Positions 12,401 through 24,400 of a stretch of DNA of 64,000 nucleotides are shown here, piece by piece. The DNA is taken from contig NW_027274405.1 in NCBI RefSeq assembly GCF_030028105.1, positions 1-64,000 on the forward strand, read 5' to 3'. Position 1 is the stretch's first letter. Every line of letters begins with the position of its first letter. A program made the position numbers and the translations under genes. The notes beneath the pieces were generated by a model. It searched no databases and had not been told where the DNA came from. It worked only from the letters and a program-made list of their open reading frames with translations. This DNA is from Mobula birostris (Eukaryota).

Positions 12401-15400
12401 CAGGGTCAGATAGAACACGTCCATCGGGGTCAGGGTCAGATAGAACACGTCCATCGGGGTCAGGGTCAGATAGCACATGTTTGTCCAGGCAAGATAGCAC
12501 CAATGGAGGGGAATAAACAGTTGATGTTTATGGCTGAGACTCTTCCTCAGAAGGGTCTTGTCCTGAAACCTGGGCTGTTTATTTATCCAGAGATGCTGAG
12601 TTACTTCAGTATTTTAGACCATAGACCATAAGACATAGGAGCAGAATTTGGCCATTTGTGTCTGCTCTGCCATTCAATCATGGCTGATCCTTTCTTCCCC
12701 TCCTCAGCCCCACTCCCTGGCCTTCTCCCTATAATGCCGTGTCCAATCAAGAACCTATCAAGCTCTGCTTAAATACACCCCATGACCTGGCCTCCACAGC
12801 TGCCTGTGGTAATAAATTCCACACATTCACCACCCTCTGGCTAAAGAAATTGCTCTGTTTTAAATGGATGCTCCTCTATCCGGAGGCTGTGTCCTCTTAT
12901 CCTAGATCCCCCCACCATGGGAAGTATCCTTTCCACATCTACTCTGTCTGGGCCTTTCAACATTTGAAAGGTCTCAATTAGATCCCCCCTCATCCTCCTA
13001 AATTCTAGTGAGTACAGACCCAGAGCCATCAAACGTTCCTTGTATGATAACCCTTTCATTCCTGGAATCATCCTTGTGAACCTCCTCAGGACCTTCTCCA
13101 GTGCCAGCACATCTCCTCTCAGATGAGGAGCCCAAAACTGATCACAATACTCAGGGTGAGGCCTCACCAGTGTCTTATAAAACCTCAGCATCAAATTCCT
13201 GCTCTTGTATTCTCGACCTCTTGAAATGAATGCAGAAGTTACATTTGCCTTCCTCACCACCAACTCAACTTGCAAGTTAACTTTTAGGGTGTTCTGCACA
13301 AGGACTCCCAAGTCCCTCTGCATCTGAGATTTTTGGATTTTCTCCTCATTTAGAAAATAGTCTGCACATTTATTTCTATTACAAGATGCATGACCGTGCA
13401 TTTTCCAACATTTACCTCAAACAGTCTAACAGGAGGGAGCCATCATTTTCCTGGCTTTAGGTTGACTCACTACAGAGCCTAATGGCCGAGGGTAAGAATG
13501 ACCTCATTATGGCACTCTGTGGAGCAGTACAGTTGTCTTAGTCTATTACTAAAAGTGCTCCAAGGTGTCGTGCAGAGGGTGAGAAACGTTGTCCGGAATT
13601 GACAGGATTTTCAATAGGGGTCTTTGTTCTACCACAGCCAGTTTGACTCCTATAACAGAGCCAAAGTTTCTAATCAGATTATTGAGTCTATTGGCATCAC
13701 CCGTGTTGGTGCCATTGCCCCAGCACACCACCACATAGAAGATGGTTCTGGCAACAACAGACCGGTGGAACATGTGAAGGAGAGGCCTGCATTCTCCAAA
13801 TGACCTCAGTCTCCTCAGGAAGTAGAGGCGACTCTGACCCTTCTCGTACACAGCCTCTGTGTTGGTGCTCCACTCAAATCTGTCATCCAGGTGCTCGTAG
13901 GTCCTCACCACATCCACGTCCTCAATAGTAACAGGGAGCAGTGCAGGCTCAGTCTTCCTAAAGTCCATCTCCATCTCCTTTGTCTCACTGATGTTGAGCT
14001 GCAGATGATTCAGCTTGCGCCATTTGACAAAGTTCTCCACCAGGGCCCTGTATTCACCCTCCCGTCCTCCCTTTATATACCCAACTACTGCTGAGTCATC
14101 ACAGAATTTCTGCGGAAATTCTGACTCAGTGTTTTATCAGGGTAAACAGGAAGGGAGCCAATACAACCTGCTGTGGGACCCCGGTGCTGCTTATGGTCAC
14201 GTCTGACACAGCTCTGAAGCTGCAAAGGACGACCTCCATGTCTGGTCTTCGTAGAAACAAACCCGTCAGCCTCTTACGGAAAAGCCACAGGAGTGGCTCC
14301 ACGCAAACAGAGTACAACTCTCCGACATGGGGATTCCTGACGCAGTCCCGATGTACCCTCATTCCAAAATGAGGAGGGAGATTCACTCTGTGCCTGACCC
14401 TGGGAGTGTGTGATGGGTCAGTGTGGAGCGAGATTCACCCTGTGTCCAACCCCGGGGGTGTGTGATAGGACGGTGTGGAGGGAGTTTCACTCTGTGTCTG
14501 ACCCCGGGGGTGTGTGATGGGACGGAGTGGAGGGAGGTTCACCCTGTGTCTGACCCCGGGGGTGTGTGATGGGATGGTGTGGAGGGAGATTCACCCTGTG
14601 TCTGACCCCGGAGGTGAGTGATAGGACGGTGTGGAGGGAGATTCACTCTGTGTCTGACCCCGGGAGTGTGTGATGGGACGGTGTGGAGGGAGATTCACTC
14701 TGTGTCTGACCCCGGGAGTGTGTGATGGGACGGTGCGGAGGCAGATTCACTCTGTGTCTGACCCCGGGAGTGTGTGATGGGACGGTGTGGAGGGAGTTTC
14801 ACTCTGTGTCTGACCTCGGGAGTGTGTGATGGGACGGTGTGGAGGGAGATTCACGCTGTGTCTGACCTCGGGAGTGTGTGATGGGACGGTGTGGAGGGAG
14901 TTTCACTTTGTGTCTGACCCCAGGAGTGTGTGATGGGACGGTGTGGAGGCATTTTAACTCTTGTGTCTGACCCCAGGAGTGTGTGATGGGACGGTGTGGA
15001 GGGAGATTCGCTCTGTGTCTGACCCCGGGAGTGTGTGATGGGACGGTGTGGAGGGAGTTTCACTCTGTGTCTGACCCCCGGAGTGTGTGATGGGACGGTG
15101 TGGAGGGAGATTCACTCTGTGTCTGACCCCCGGAGTGTGTGATGGGACGGTGTGGAGGGAGATTCACTCTGTGTCTGACCCCGGGAGTGTGTGATGGGAC
15201 GGTGTGGAGGGAGTTTCACTCTGTGTCTGACCCCCGGAGTGTGTGATGGGACGGTGTGGAGGGAGCTTCGCTCTGTGTCTGACCCCGGGAGTGTGTGATG
15301 GGACGGTGTGGAGGGAGATTCACTCTGTGTCTGACCTCGGGAGTGTGTGATGGGACAGTGTGGAGGGAGATTCACTCTGTGTCTGACCTCGGGAGTGTGT

Positions 15401-18400
15401 GATGGGACAGTGTGGAGGGAGATTCACTCTGTGTCTGACCTCGGGAGTGTGTGATGGGACGGTGTGGAGGGAGTTTCACTTCTGACCCCAGGAGTGTGTG
15501 ATGGGACGGTGTGGAGGGAGATTCACTCTGTGTCTGACCCCGGGAGTGTGTGATGGGACGGTGTGGAGGGAGTTTCACTCTGTGTCTGACCCCGGGAGTG
15601 TGTGATGGGACAGAGTTGAGGGAGATTCACTCTGTGTCTGACCCCGGGAGTGTGTGATGGGACGGAGTTGAGGGAGATTCACTCTGTGTCTGACCCCGGG
15701 AGTGTGTGATGGGACGGTGTGGAGGGAGATTCACTCTGTGTCTGACCCCGGGAGTGTGTGATGGGACGGAGTTGAGGGAGATTCACTCTGTGTCTGACCC
15801 CGGGAGTGTGTGATGGGACGGTGTGGAGGGAGATTCACTCTGTGTCTGACCCCGGGAGTGTGTGATGGGACGGAGTTGAGGGAGATTCACTCTGTGTCTG
15901 ACCCCGGGAGTGTGTGATGGGACGGTGTGGAGGGAGATTCACTCTGTGTCTGACCCCGGAAGTGTGTGATGGGACAGAGTTGAGGGAGATTCACTCTGTG
16001 TCTGACCCCGGGAATGTGTGATGGGACGGAGTTGAGGGAGATTCACTCTGTGTCTGACCCCGGGAGTGTGTGATGGGACGGTGTGGAGGGAGATTCACTC
16101 TGTGTCCCACAGGGAAGGAGGGCGATGATCTCATGCAGGAATTGGCGTTGCGATATGTGGAAGCGATGAAGGACATGGAGGGCAGGAAGCCGGGACCCAC
16201 CAGCATCCTTGGTGAGATCCTCTCATATGCTATTCCCCCTTCCCACTCTCTCTCCACACCCCCCCCCCCCGAAATCAAGTACAACGAGATCTGGGTGTTC
16301 TTGTACATCAGTCACTGAAAGCAAGCATGCAGGTACAGCAGGCGGCGAAGAAAGCTAAAGGCATGCTGGCCTTCATAATAAGGGGTGTTGAGTATAGGAG
16401 CAAAGAGGTCCTTCTGCAGCTGTACAGGGCCCTGGTGAGACCACACCTGGAGTACTGTGTGCAGTTTTGGTGTCCAAATTTGAGGAAGGACATTCTTGCT
16501 ATTGAGGGAGTGCAGCGGAGGTTCACAAGGTTAATTCCCGGGATGGCGGGACTGTCATATGTTGAAAGATTGGAGTGACTGGGCTTGTATACACTGGAAT
16601 TTAGAAGGATGAGAGGGGATCTGATTGAAACATATAAGATTATTAAGGGATTGGACACGCTGGAGGCAGGAAGCCTGGGGGAGATCTTAAATAGGTTTTT
16701 TGCGTCTGTATTTACTAAGGAAGCTGGCATGAAATCTATGGAATTGAGGGAATCAAGCAGTGAGATCATGGAAACTGTACAGATTGAAAAGGAGGAGGTG
16801 CTTGCTGTCTTGAGGAAAATTAAAGTGGATAAATCCCAGGACCTGACAGAGTGTTCCCTCGGACCTTGAAGGAGACTAGTGTTGAAATCGCAGGGGCCCT
16901 GGCAGAAATATTTAAAATGTCGCTGTCTACGGGTGAAGTGCCGGAGGATTGGAGAGTGGCTCATGTTGTTCCGTTGTTTAAAAAAGGATCGAAAAGTAAT
17001 CCGGGAAATTATAGGCCGGTGAGTTTAACGTCAGTAGTAGGTAAGTTATTGGAGGGAGTACTAAGAGACAGAATCTACAAGCATTTGGATAGACAGGGAC
17101 TTATTAGGGAGAGTCAACATGGCTTTGTGCGTGGTAGGTCATGTTTGACCAATCTGTGGGAGTTTTTCGAGGAGGTTACCAGGAAAGTGGATGAAGGGAA
17201 GGCAGTGGATATTGTCTACATGGACTTCAGTAAGGCCTTTGACAAGGTCCCGCATGGGAGGTTAGTTAGGAAAATTCAGTCGCTAGGTATACATGGAGAG
17301 GTGGTAAATTGGATTAGACATTGTCTCGATGGAAGAAGCCAGAGAGTGGTGGTAGAGAATTGCTTCTCTGAGTGGAGGCCTGTGACTAGTGGTGTGCCAC
17401 AGGGATCAGTGCTGGGTCCATTGTTATTTGTCATCTATATCAATGATCTGGATGATAATGTGGTAAATTGGATCAGCAAGTTTGCTGATGATACAAAGAT
17501 TGGAGGTGTAGTAGACAGTGAGGAAGGTTTTCAGAGCCTGCAGAGGGACTTGGACCAGCTGGAGAAATGGGCTGAAAAATGGCAGATGGAGTTTAATACT
17601 GACAAGTGTGAGGTATTGCATGTTGGAAGGACAAACCAACGTAGAACATACAGGGTTAATGGTAAGGCACTGAGGAGTGCAGTGGAACAGAGGGATCTGG
17701 GAATACAGATACAAAATTCCCTAAAAGTGGCGTCACAGGTAGATAGGGTTGTAAAGAGAGCTTTTGGTACATTGGCCTTTATTAATCGAAGTATTGAGTA
17801 TAAGAGCTGGAATGTTATGATGAGGTTGTATAAGGCATTGGTGAGGCCGAATCTGGAGTATTATGTTCAGTTTTGGTCACCAAATTACAGGAAGGATATA
17901 AATAAGGTTGAAAGAGTGCAGAGAAGGGTTACAAGGATGTTGCCGGGACATGAGAAACTCAGTTACAGAGAAAGGTTGAATAGGTTGGGACTTTATTCCC
18001 TGGAGCGTAGAAGAATGAGGGGAGATTTGATAGAGGTATATAAAATTATAGATAGAGTGAATGCAAGCAGGCTTTTTCCACTGAGGCAAGGGGAGAAAAA
18101 AACCAGAGGACATGGGTTAAGGGTGAGGGGGGAAAAGTTTAAAGGGAACATTAGGAGGGGCTTCTTCACACAGAGAGTGGTGGGAGTATGGAATGAGCTG
18201 CCAGACGAGGTGGTAAATGTGGGTTCTTTTTTAACATTTAAGAATAAATTGGACAGATACATAGATGGGAGGTGTATGGAGGGATATGGTCCGTGTGCAG
18301 GTCAGTGGGACTAGGCAGAAAATGGTTCGGCACAGCCAAGAAGGGCCAAAAGGCCTGTTTCTGTGCTGTAGTTTCTATGGTTCTATGGTTCATGTTCCTG

Positions 18401-21400
18401 CTGATGGGTGAGTCCAGAACCAGAGGCCACAGTTTAAGAATAAGGGGTGGACAATTTAGAATGGAGTTGAGGAAAAACTTTTTCACCCAGAGAGTGGTGG
18501 ATATGTGGAATGCTCTGCTCCAGAAGGCAGTGGAGGCCAAGTCTCTGGATGCTTTCAAAAAAGAGATGGATAGCGCTCTTAAAGATAGTGGAATCAAAGG
18601 TTATGGGGATAAGGCAGGAACTGGATACTGATTGTGGATGATCAGCCATGATCACAGTGAATGGTGGTGCTGGCTCGAAGGGCCCAATGGCCTACTCCTG
18701 TACCTGTTGTCTATTGTCACTCTCTCTCTTTTCCCCTCCCCAAACAACTGTCCCAATCTCTTTACCCTTCAGACACTCAATGTGACTTCACTCCCGTCTC
18801 TCCCCACTCCCATTTTAGACCTGACACCCCCTCAGTGTTGGTTCTCTTCCCTCCGCAGGGACATCACAGCTGCGTCCTGGAGAGGTTGGAGGTCACCATA
18901 TCCCCTTTAACCCCCGGGCCCAGGGGTGTGGAGCAGCCATGAGGAGCATGTGTATCGGTCTCCGGTCAGCAGGACGGGGCCGGGGGGGGAGGGGGGGACG
19001 GGGGGACGGAGGGGGTGGGAGAGGGTGAGGACGGATGGACAACAGGGGAGGGAGAGGATCATGTGAATCAGGCTCAGGTCAGGGGGGAGACTGGGGGTGG
19101 AGTTAGAGATTGGAGGAGGGGAGAAAGGGTGGGTGTGGGGTGAGGGCCATGTGTATCCGACTGATGGGGGGGCAGGGGTGATGGCCTTGGGGCAGGGGGT
19201 TGGTGATGGCTGTGAGGAGCAGCAATGACAAGCCCTGTGTGTCGGGCTGTCAGTGGGAGAGGGGTGGGGGGAGAGAGCAGAGTTGGGGGTGAGGTATGGA
19301 GGGATCTGGGTCTTACTGTCTGTTCCCCATCCACCAGGTTCCCAAGGGTATCGCAGCTGCTGGACCTGATTCGTGTCAGTGTGGAGAGTGGGAGGATGAC
19401 CCACCATCATCCGACCGGTCCGTTCTGGACTAAGTCCTCCCCCCCCCCTCCCCTCCCCACTCCCCTCCCCCTCCCCCTCCCCATCTCCCCAGCTTTCCAC
19501 CTTCCTCACCTTCACCCTATGGGTCAGTATGGGGATAAAATCCCTAGACTTCTCCCTCACCCCTCCTCCACTCCCCTCCCCCTCTCCCTTCCCACCTCCC
19601 CCTCTCTTCCCCCATCCTGCTTTTCCCCCTCCAACCTCACCCCCTCCCCTAGCTCTCCACTCTCCTCATTGGCCCCACTGGTCAGTTTTGGGATAAAACT
19701 CCCAGTCTCCTCCCTATTGTCTCTCCTCCCCTCCCCACCACTTTCCCCCGCTAATTCCCTCCCCATTCCCCTCTCCCCTCTCCCATTCCCTCCTCTCCCC
19801 TACCGCCCTCCCCTCTCCCCTACCCCATCCTCTCCACATCCCCTGCCCTTCCCACTCCTCTTTCTACCCCCTCCTCAGCCCCCTCACCCTCCACAACCCC
19901 CCTCCCTCCACAACCCCCCTCCCCTTCACAACCCCCCTCCCCTTCACAACCCCCCTCCCCATCCACATCCCCCTCCCCATCCACATCCCCCTCCCCATCC
20001 ACATCCTGTTCCGCTCCACATCACCCTCTCCCACTCCCCTGCCCTCTGCCTCCCCATCGCCTCACTTCTGCCTCCTCTCTCCCTCTCTTTCATAAGACCA
20101 GAAGATACAGGAGCAGAATTGGGCCATTCGGCCCATCGAGTCTGTTCCACCATTTCCTCATGGCTGATCCATTTTCCTCTCAGCCCCAATCTCCTGCCTT
20201 CTCCCTGTGTCCCCTCGTGCCCTGACCAGTCAAGAATCTATCAACCTCTGCCTTAAATGTACAAGAAGAGCATCTGCACAGCTGCCTGTGGCAAAGCATT
20301 CCACAGATTCACCACTCTCTGGGGAATGAAATTCCTCCTCACCTCCATTCTAAAATGACACCCCTCTGTGTCCTCTGGTCTTAGACTCTCGTACCATAGG
20401 AAATATCCTCCTCACGTCAACTCTGTCAAGGCCTTTCACTACTGGAAAGGTTTCAATGAGGTCATAGAAACATAGAAAATAGGTGCAGGAGTAGGCCATT
20501 CGGCCCTTCAAGCCTGCACCGCCATTTGTTATGATCATGGCTGATCATCCAACTCAGAACCCCGCCCCAGCCTTCCCTCCATACCCCCTGACCCCCGTAG
20601 CCACAAGGGCCATATCTAACTCCCTGTTAAATATAGCCAATGAGGGAGTTACCAATGAGGTCACCCCTCATTCTTCTAAATTCTAGTGAATACAGGCCCA
20701 GAGACACCAAGCTCTCTTCATATGACAAGACGTTCAACCCTGGAATCATTCTTGTGAACCTCCTTTCAATCCTCTCCAGTTTCAGCACACCCTTTCTAAG
20801 ATAAGGGGCCCAAGATTGCTCACGATACTCCCTCGTGCTGACTGGTCACTCCTCAACTCAGAGAGATTGCTGCAAAACTCTGCCTTTAAATTCTCGTTTG
20901 CTGTCCTGATTTAAAAAGTAGCTCTTTTCACTCAGCTCTGGGATGGGTTGCTCAACTTGTTCATTCTCTAACCTGCCACTCTCCTTTTTCTCCATTCTCT
21001 CTCTCTTCCTCCCTCCCTAACATTCTCCCTCTCTCTCCCACTCTAATGTTCTCTGACCCTCTCTCTCTCTCACTCTGTTCTCTGACCCTCTCTCTCCGAC
21101 TCTAATGTTCTCTGACCCTCTCTCTCTCTCTCACTCTAATGTAATCTGACCCCCTCTCTCTCTCTTCCCCCTCTCCAGGGTACCTAGGTGCTCTCACCTC
21201 TGCGCTCTTCACCTCGTTTGCAGTACAGGGCCGCCCACCGGAGGAGTGGGGTGCGGCCCTCCTCGAGACCCTGCCCCTTGCCCAGGAGTACGTCCGCTCG
21301 TGTGGGATGGAAGTGCCGCAGAACCTCGACGCCTGGGACTTCTTCCCCGAGAAGTGGAGGTGGTGAGTGCATTCTCCACACAGAATGCCTGGCCCCTGCG

Positions 21401-24400
21401 ACCGGAACGGGCTCTTCAACTCACAGTGACCACAACACAAAACTAAACATTCTTGTTAATTTTAATTGCTTTAATACTTTCAAGTGTAGCCCATGAGTAG
21501 CTCTTTTGCCAAAATGCCAGATGGCCTCTTGGCCATTTGAGCACGAGGGGTAAGATCGTAAAAGGTCATTTAAAACGTCAGAGGCAGTGGGTAGCCTGCA
21601 GCTCCTTTGGTGAAGATTTTGTGCTTATTGACACCATGTTAAAAGCTGAGGGCCCAGGCTGAGGGGCGTCTGAACATTTAAACTGTAAATATTAACCTCA
21701 CAACTATATGCACTTGAAATCTCACCTGCTCACAAGTTCAGAGTTTAACACAAGAAGTGACCCTATTCCTACAGGCTTTCCAGAACTTGCAGAATTAGGG
21801 CCCTCTTATTCAGATTAAAATAAAATATTCTCATAGTTCATCTTTACACATTAAATGGAGGTTGGAGCTCACCCTGAGAAACCAACTAGACAGCAGGCTA
21901 TTCTGGACTGGGGTTTGAGCAATGAGGAAGGGTTAATTAGCAATCTTGTCGTGAGAGGCCCCTTGGGTAAGAGTGACCATAATATGGTGGAATTCTTCAT
22001 TAAGATGGAGAGTGACATAGTTAATTCAGAAACAAAGGTTCTGAACTGAAAGAGGGGTAATTTTGAAGGTATGAGACGTGAATTAGCTAAGATAGACTGG
22101 CAAATGACACTTAAAGGATTGACGGTGGATATGCAATGGCAAGCATTTAAGGATCGCATGGATGAACTACAACAATTGTTCATCCCAGTTTGACAAAAGA
22201 ATAAATCAAGGAAGGTAGTGCACCCGTGGCTGACAAGAGAAATTAGGGATAGTATCAATTCCAAAGAAGAAGCATACAAATTAGCCAGAGAAAGTGGCTC
22301 ACCTGAGGACTGGGAGAAATTCAGAGTTCAGCAGAGGAGGACAAAGGGCTTAATTAGGAAGGGGAAAAAAGATTATGAGAGAAAACTGGCAGGGAACATA
22401 AAAACTGACTGTAAAAGCTTTTATAGATATGTAAAAAGGAAAAGACTGGTAAAGACAAATGTAGGTCCCCTACAGACAGAAACAGGTGAATTGATTATGG
22501 GGAGCAAGGACATGGCAGACGAATTGAATAATTACTTTAGTTCTGTCTTCACTCAGGAGGACATAAATAATCTTCCCGAAATAGTAGGGGACAGAGGGTC
22601 CAGTGAGATGGAGGAACTGAGCGAAATACATGTTAGTAGGGAAGTGGTGTTAGGTAAATTGAAGGGATTAAAGGTAGATAAATCCCCAGGGCAGATGGTC
22701 TGCATCCCAGAGTGCTTAAGGAAGTAGCCCAAGAAATAGTGGATGCATTAGTGATAATTTTTCAAAACTCGTTAGATTCTGGACTAGCTCCTGAGGATTG
22801 GAGGGTGGCTAATGTAACCCCACTTTTTAAAAAAGGAGGGAGAGAGAAACCGGGGAATTATAGACCGGTTAGCCTAATGTCGGTGGTGGGGAAGCTGCTG
22901 GAGTCAGTTATCAAAGATGTGATAACAGCACATTTGGAAAGGGGTGAAATGATCGGACAAAGTCAGCATGGATTTGTGAAAGGAAAATCATGTCTGTTGA
23001 ATCTCACAGAAGTTTTTGAGGATGTAACTAGTAGAGTGGATAGGGGAGAACCAGTGGATGTGGTATATTTGGATTTTCAAAAGGCTTTTGACAAGGTCCC
23101 ACACAGATGATTAGTGTGCAAACTTAAAGCACACGGTATTGGGGGTAAGGTATTGATGTGGATAGAGAATTGGTTGGCAGACAAGAAGCAAAGAGTGGGA
23201 ATAAACGGGACCTTTTCAGAATGGCAGGCAGTGACTAGTGGGGTACCGCAAGGCTCAGTGCTGGAACCTCAGTTGTTTGCAATATATATTAATGACTTGG
23301 ATGAGGGAATTAAATGCAGCATCTCCAAGTTTGCGGATGACACGAAGCTGGGTGGCAGTGTTAGCTGTGAGGAGGATGCTAAGAGGATGCAGGGTGACTT
23401 GGATAGGTTGGGTGAGTGGGCAAATTCATGGCAGATGCAATTTAATGTGGATAAATGTGAAGTTATCCACTTTGGTGGCAAAAATAGGAAAACAGATTAT
23501 TATCTGAATGGTGGCCGATTAGGAAAAGGGGAGGTGCAACGAGACCTGGGTGTCATTATACACCAGTCATTGAAAGTGGGCATGCAGGTACAGCAGGCAG
23601 TGAAAAAGGCGAATGGTATGCTGGCATTTATAGCAAGAGGATTCGAGTACAGGAGCATGGAGGTACCACTGCAGTTGTACAAGGCCTTGGTGAGACCACA
23701 CCTGGAGTATTGTGTGCTGTTTTGGTCCCCTAATCTGAGGAAAGATATCCTTGCCATAGAGGGAGTACAAAGAAGGTTCACCAGATTGATTCCTGGGATG
23801 ACAGGACTTTCATATGAAGAAAGACTGGATGAACTGGGCTTGTACTCGTTGGAATTTAGAAGATTGAGGGGGGATCTGATTGAAACGTATAAAATCCTAA
23901 AGGGATTGGACAGGCTGGATGCAGGAAGATTGTTCCCGATGTTGGGGAAGTCCAGAATGAGGGGTCACAGTGTGAGGATAAAGGGGAAGCCTTTTAGGAC
24001 TGAGATTAGGAAAAACTTCTTCACACAGAGAGTGGTGAATCTGTGGAATTCTCTGCCACAGGAAACAGTTGAGGCCAGTTCATTGGCTATATTTAAGAGG
24101 GAGTTAGATATGGCCCTTGTGGCTACGGGGATCAGGGGGTATGGAGGGAAGGCTGGGGCGGGGTTCTGAGTTGGATGATCAGCCATGATCATAATAAGTG
24201 GCGGTGCAGGCTCGAAGGGCTGAATGGCCTACTCCTGCACCTATTTTCTATGTTTCTGAGCAATGTGAGAGGTGATTCGCTTTGGAAAGTGAATCCTGAA
24301 GTTACAGTGCAGGGTTAACGGCAGAGTGGAGGAACAGGGGGGTCTTGGGGTCCGTGGCCATAGACCCCTCAAAGTTGCAGTGCAGGTTGGCAGCGTGGTT

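Noticed and set aside
12006-12631. Repetitive ORFs ([10 protein letters not shown] / [10 protein letters not shown] / [10 protein letters not shown])
   Set aside because: By-products of a 30-bp repeat that is open in several frames on both strands; no splice or promoter support.
7177-16106. Regular arrays resembling CRISPR
   Set aside because: Head-to-tail units with no unique spacers, no cas genes, and a vertebrate intron context.
16851-18314. 487-aa RT ORF as a domesticated gene or autonomous element
   Set aside because: 5'-truncated CR1 lacking the endonuclease and ORF1, with a non-ATG start and a normal LINE tail.
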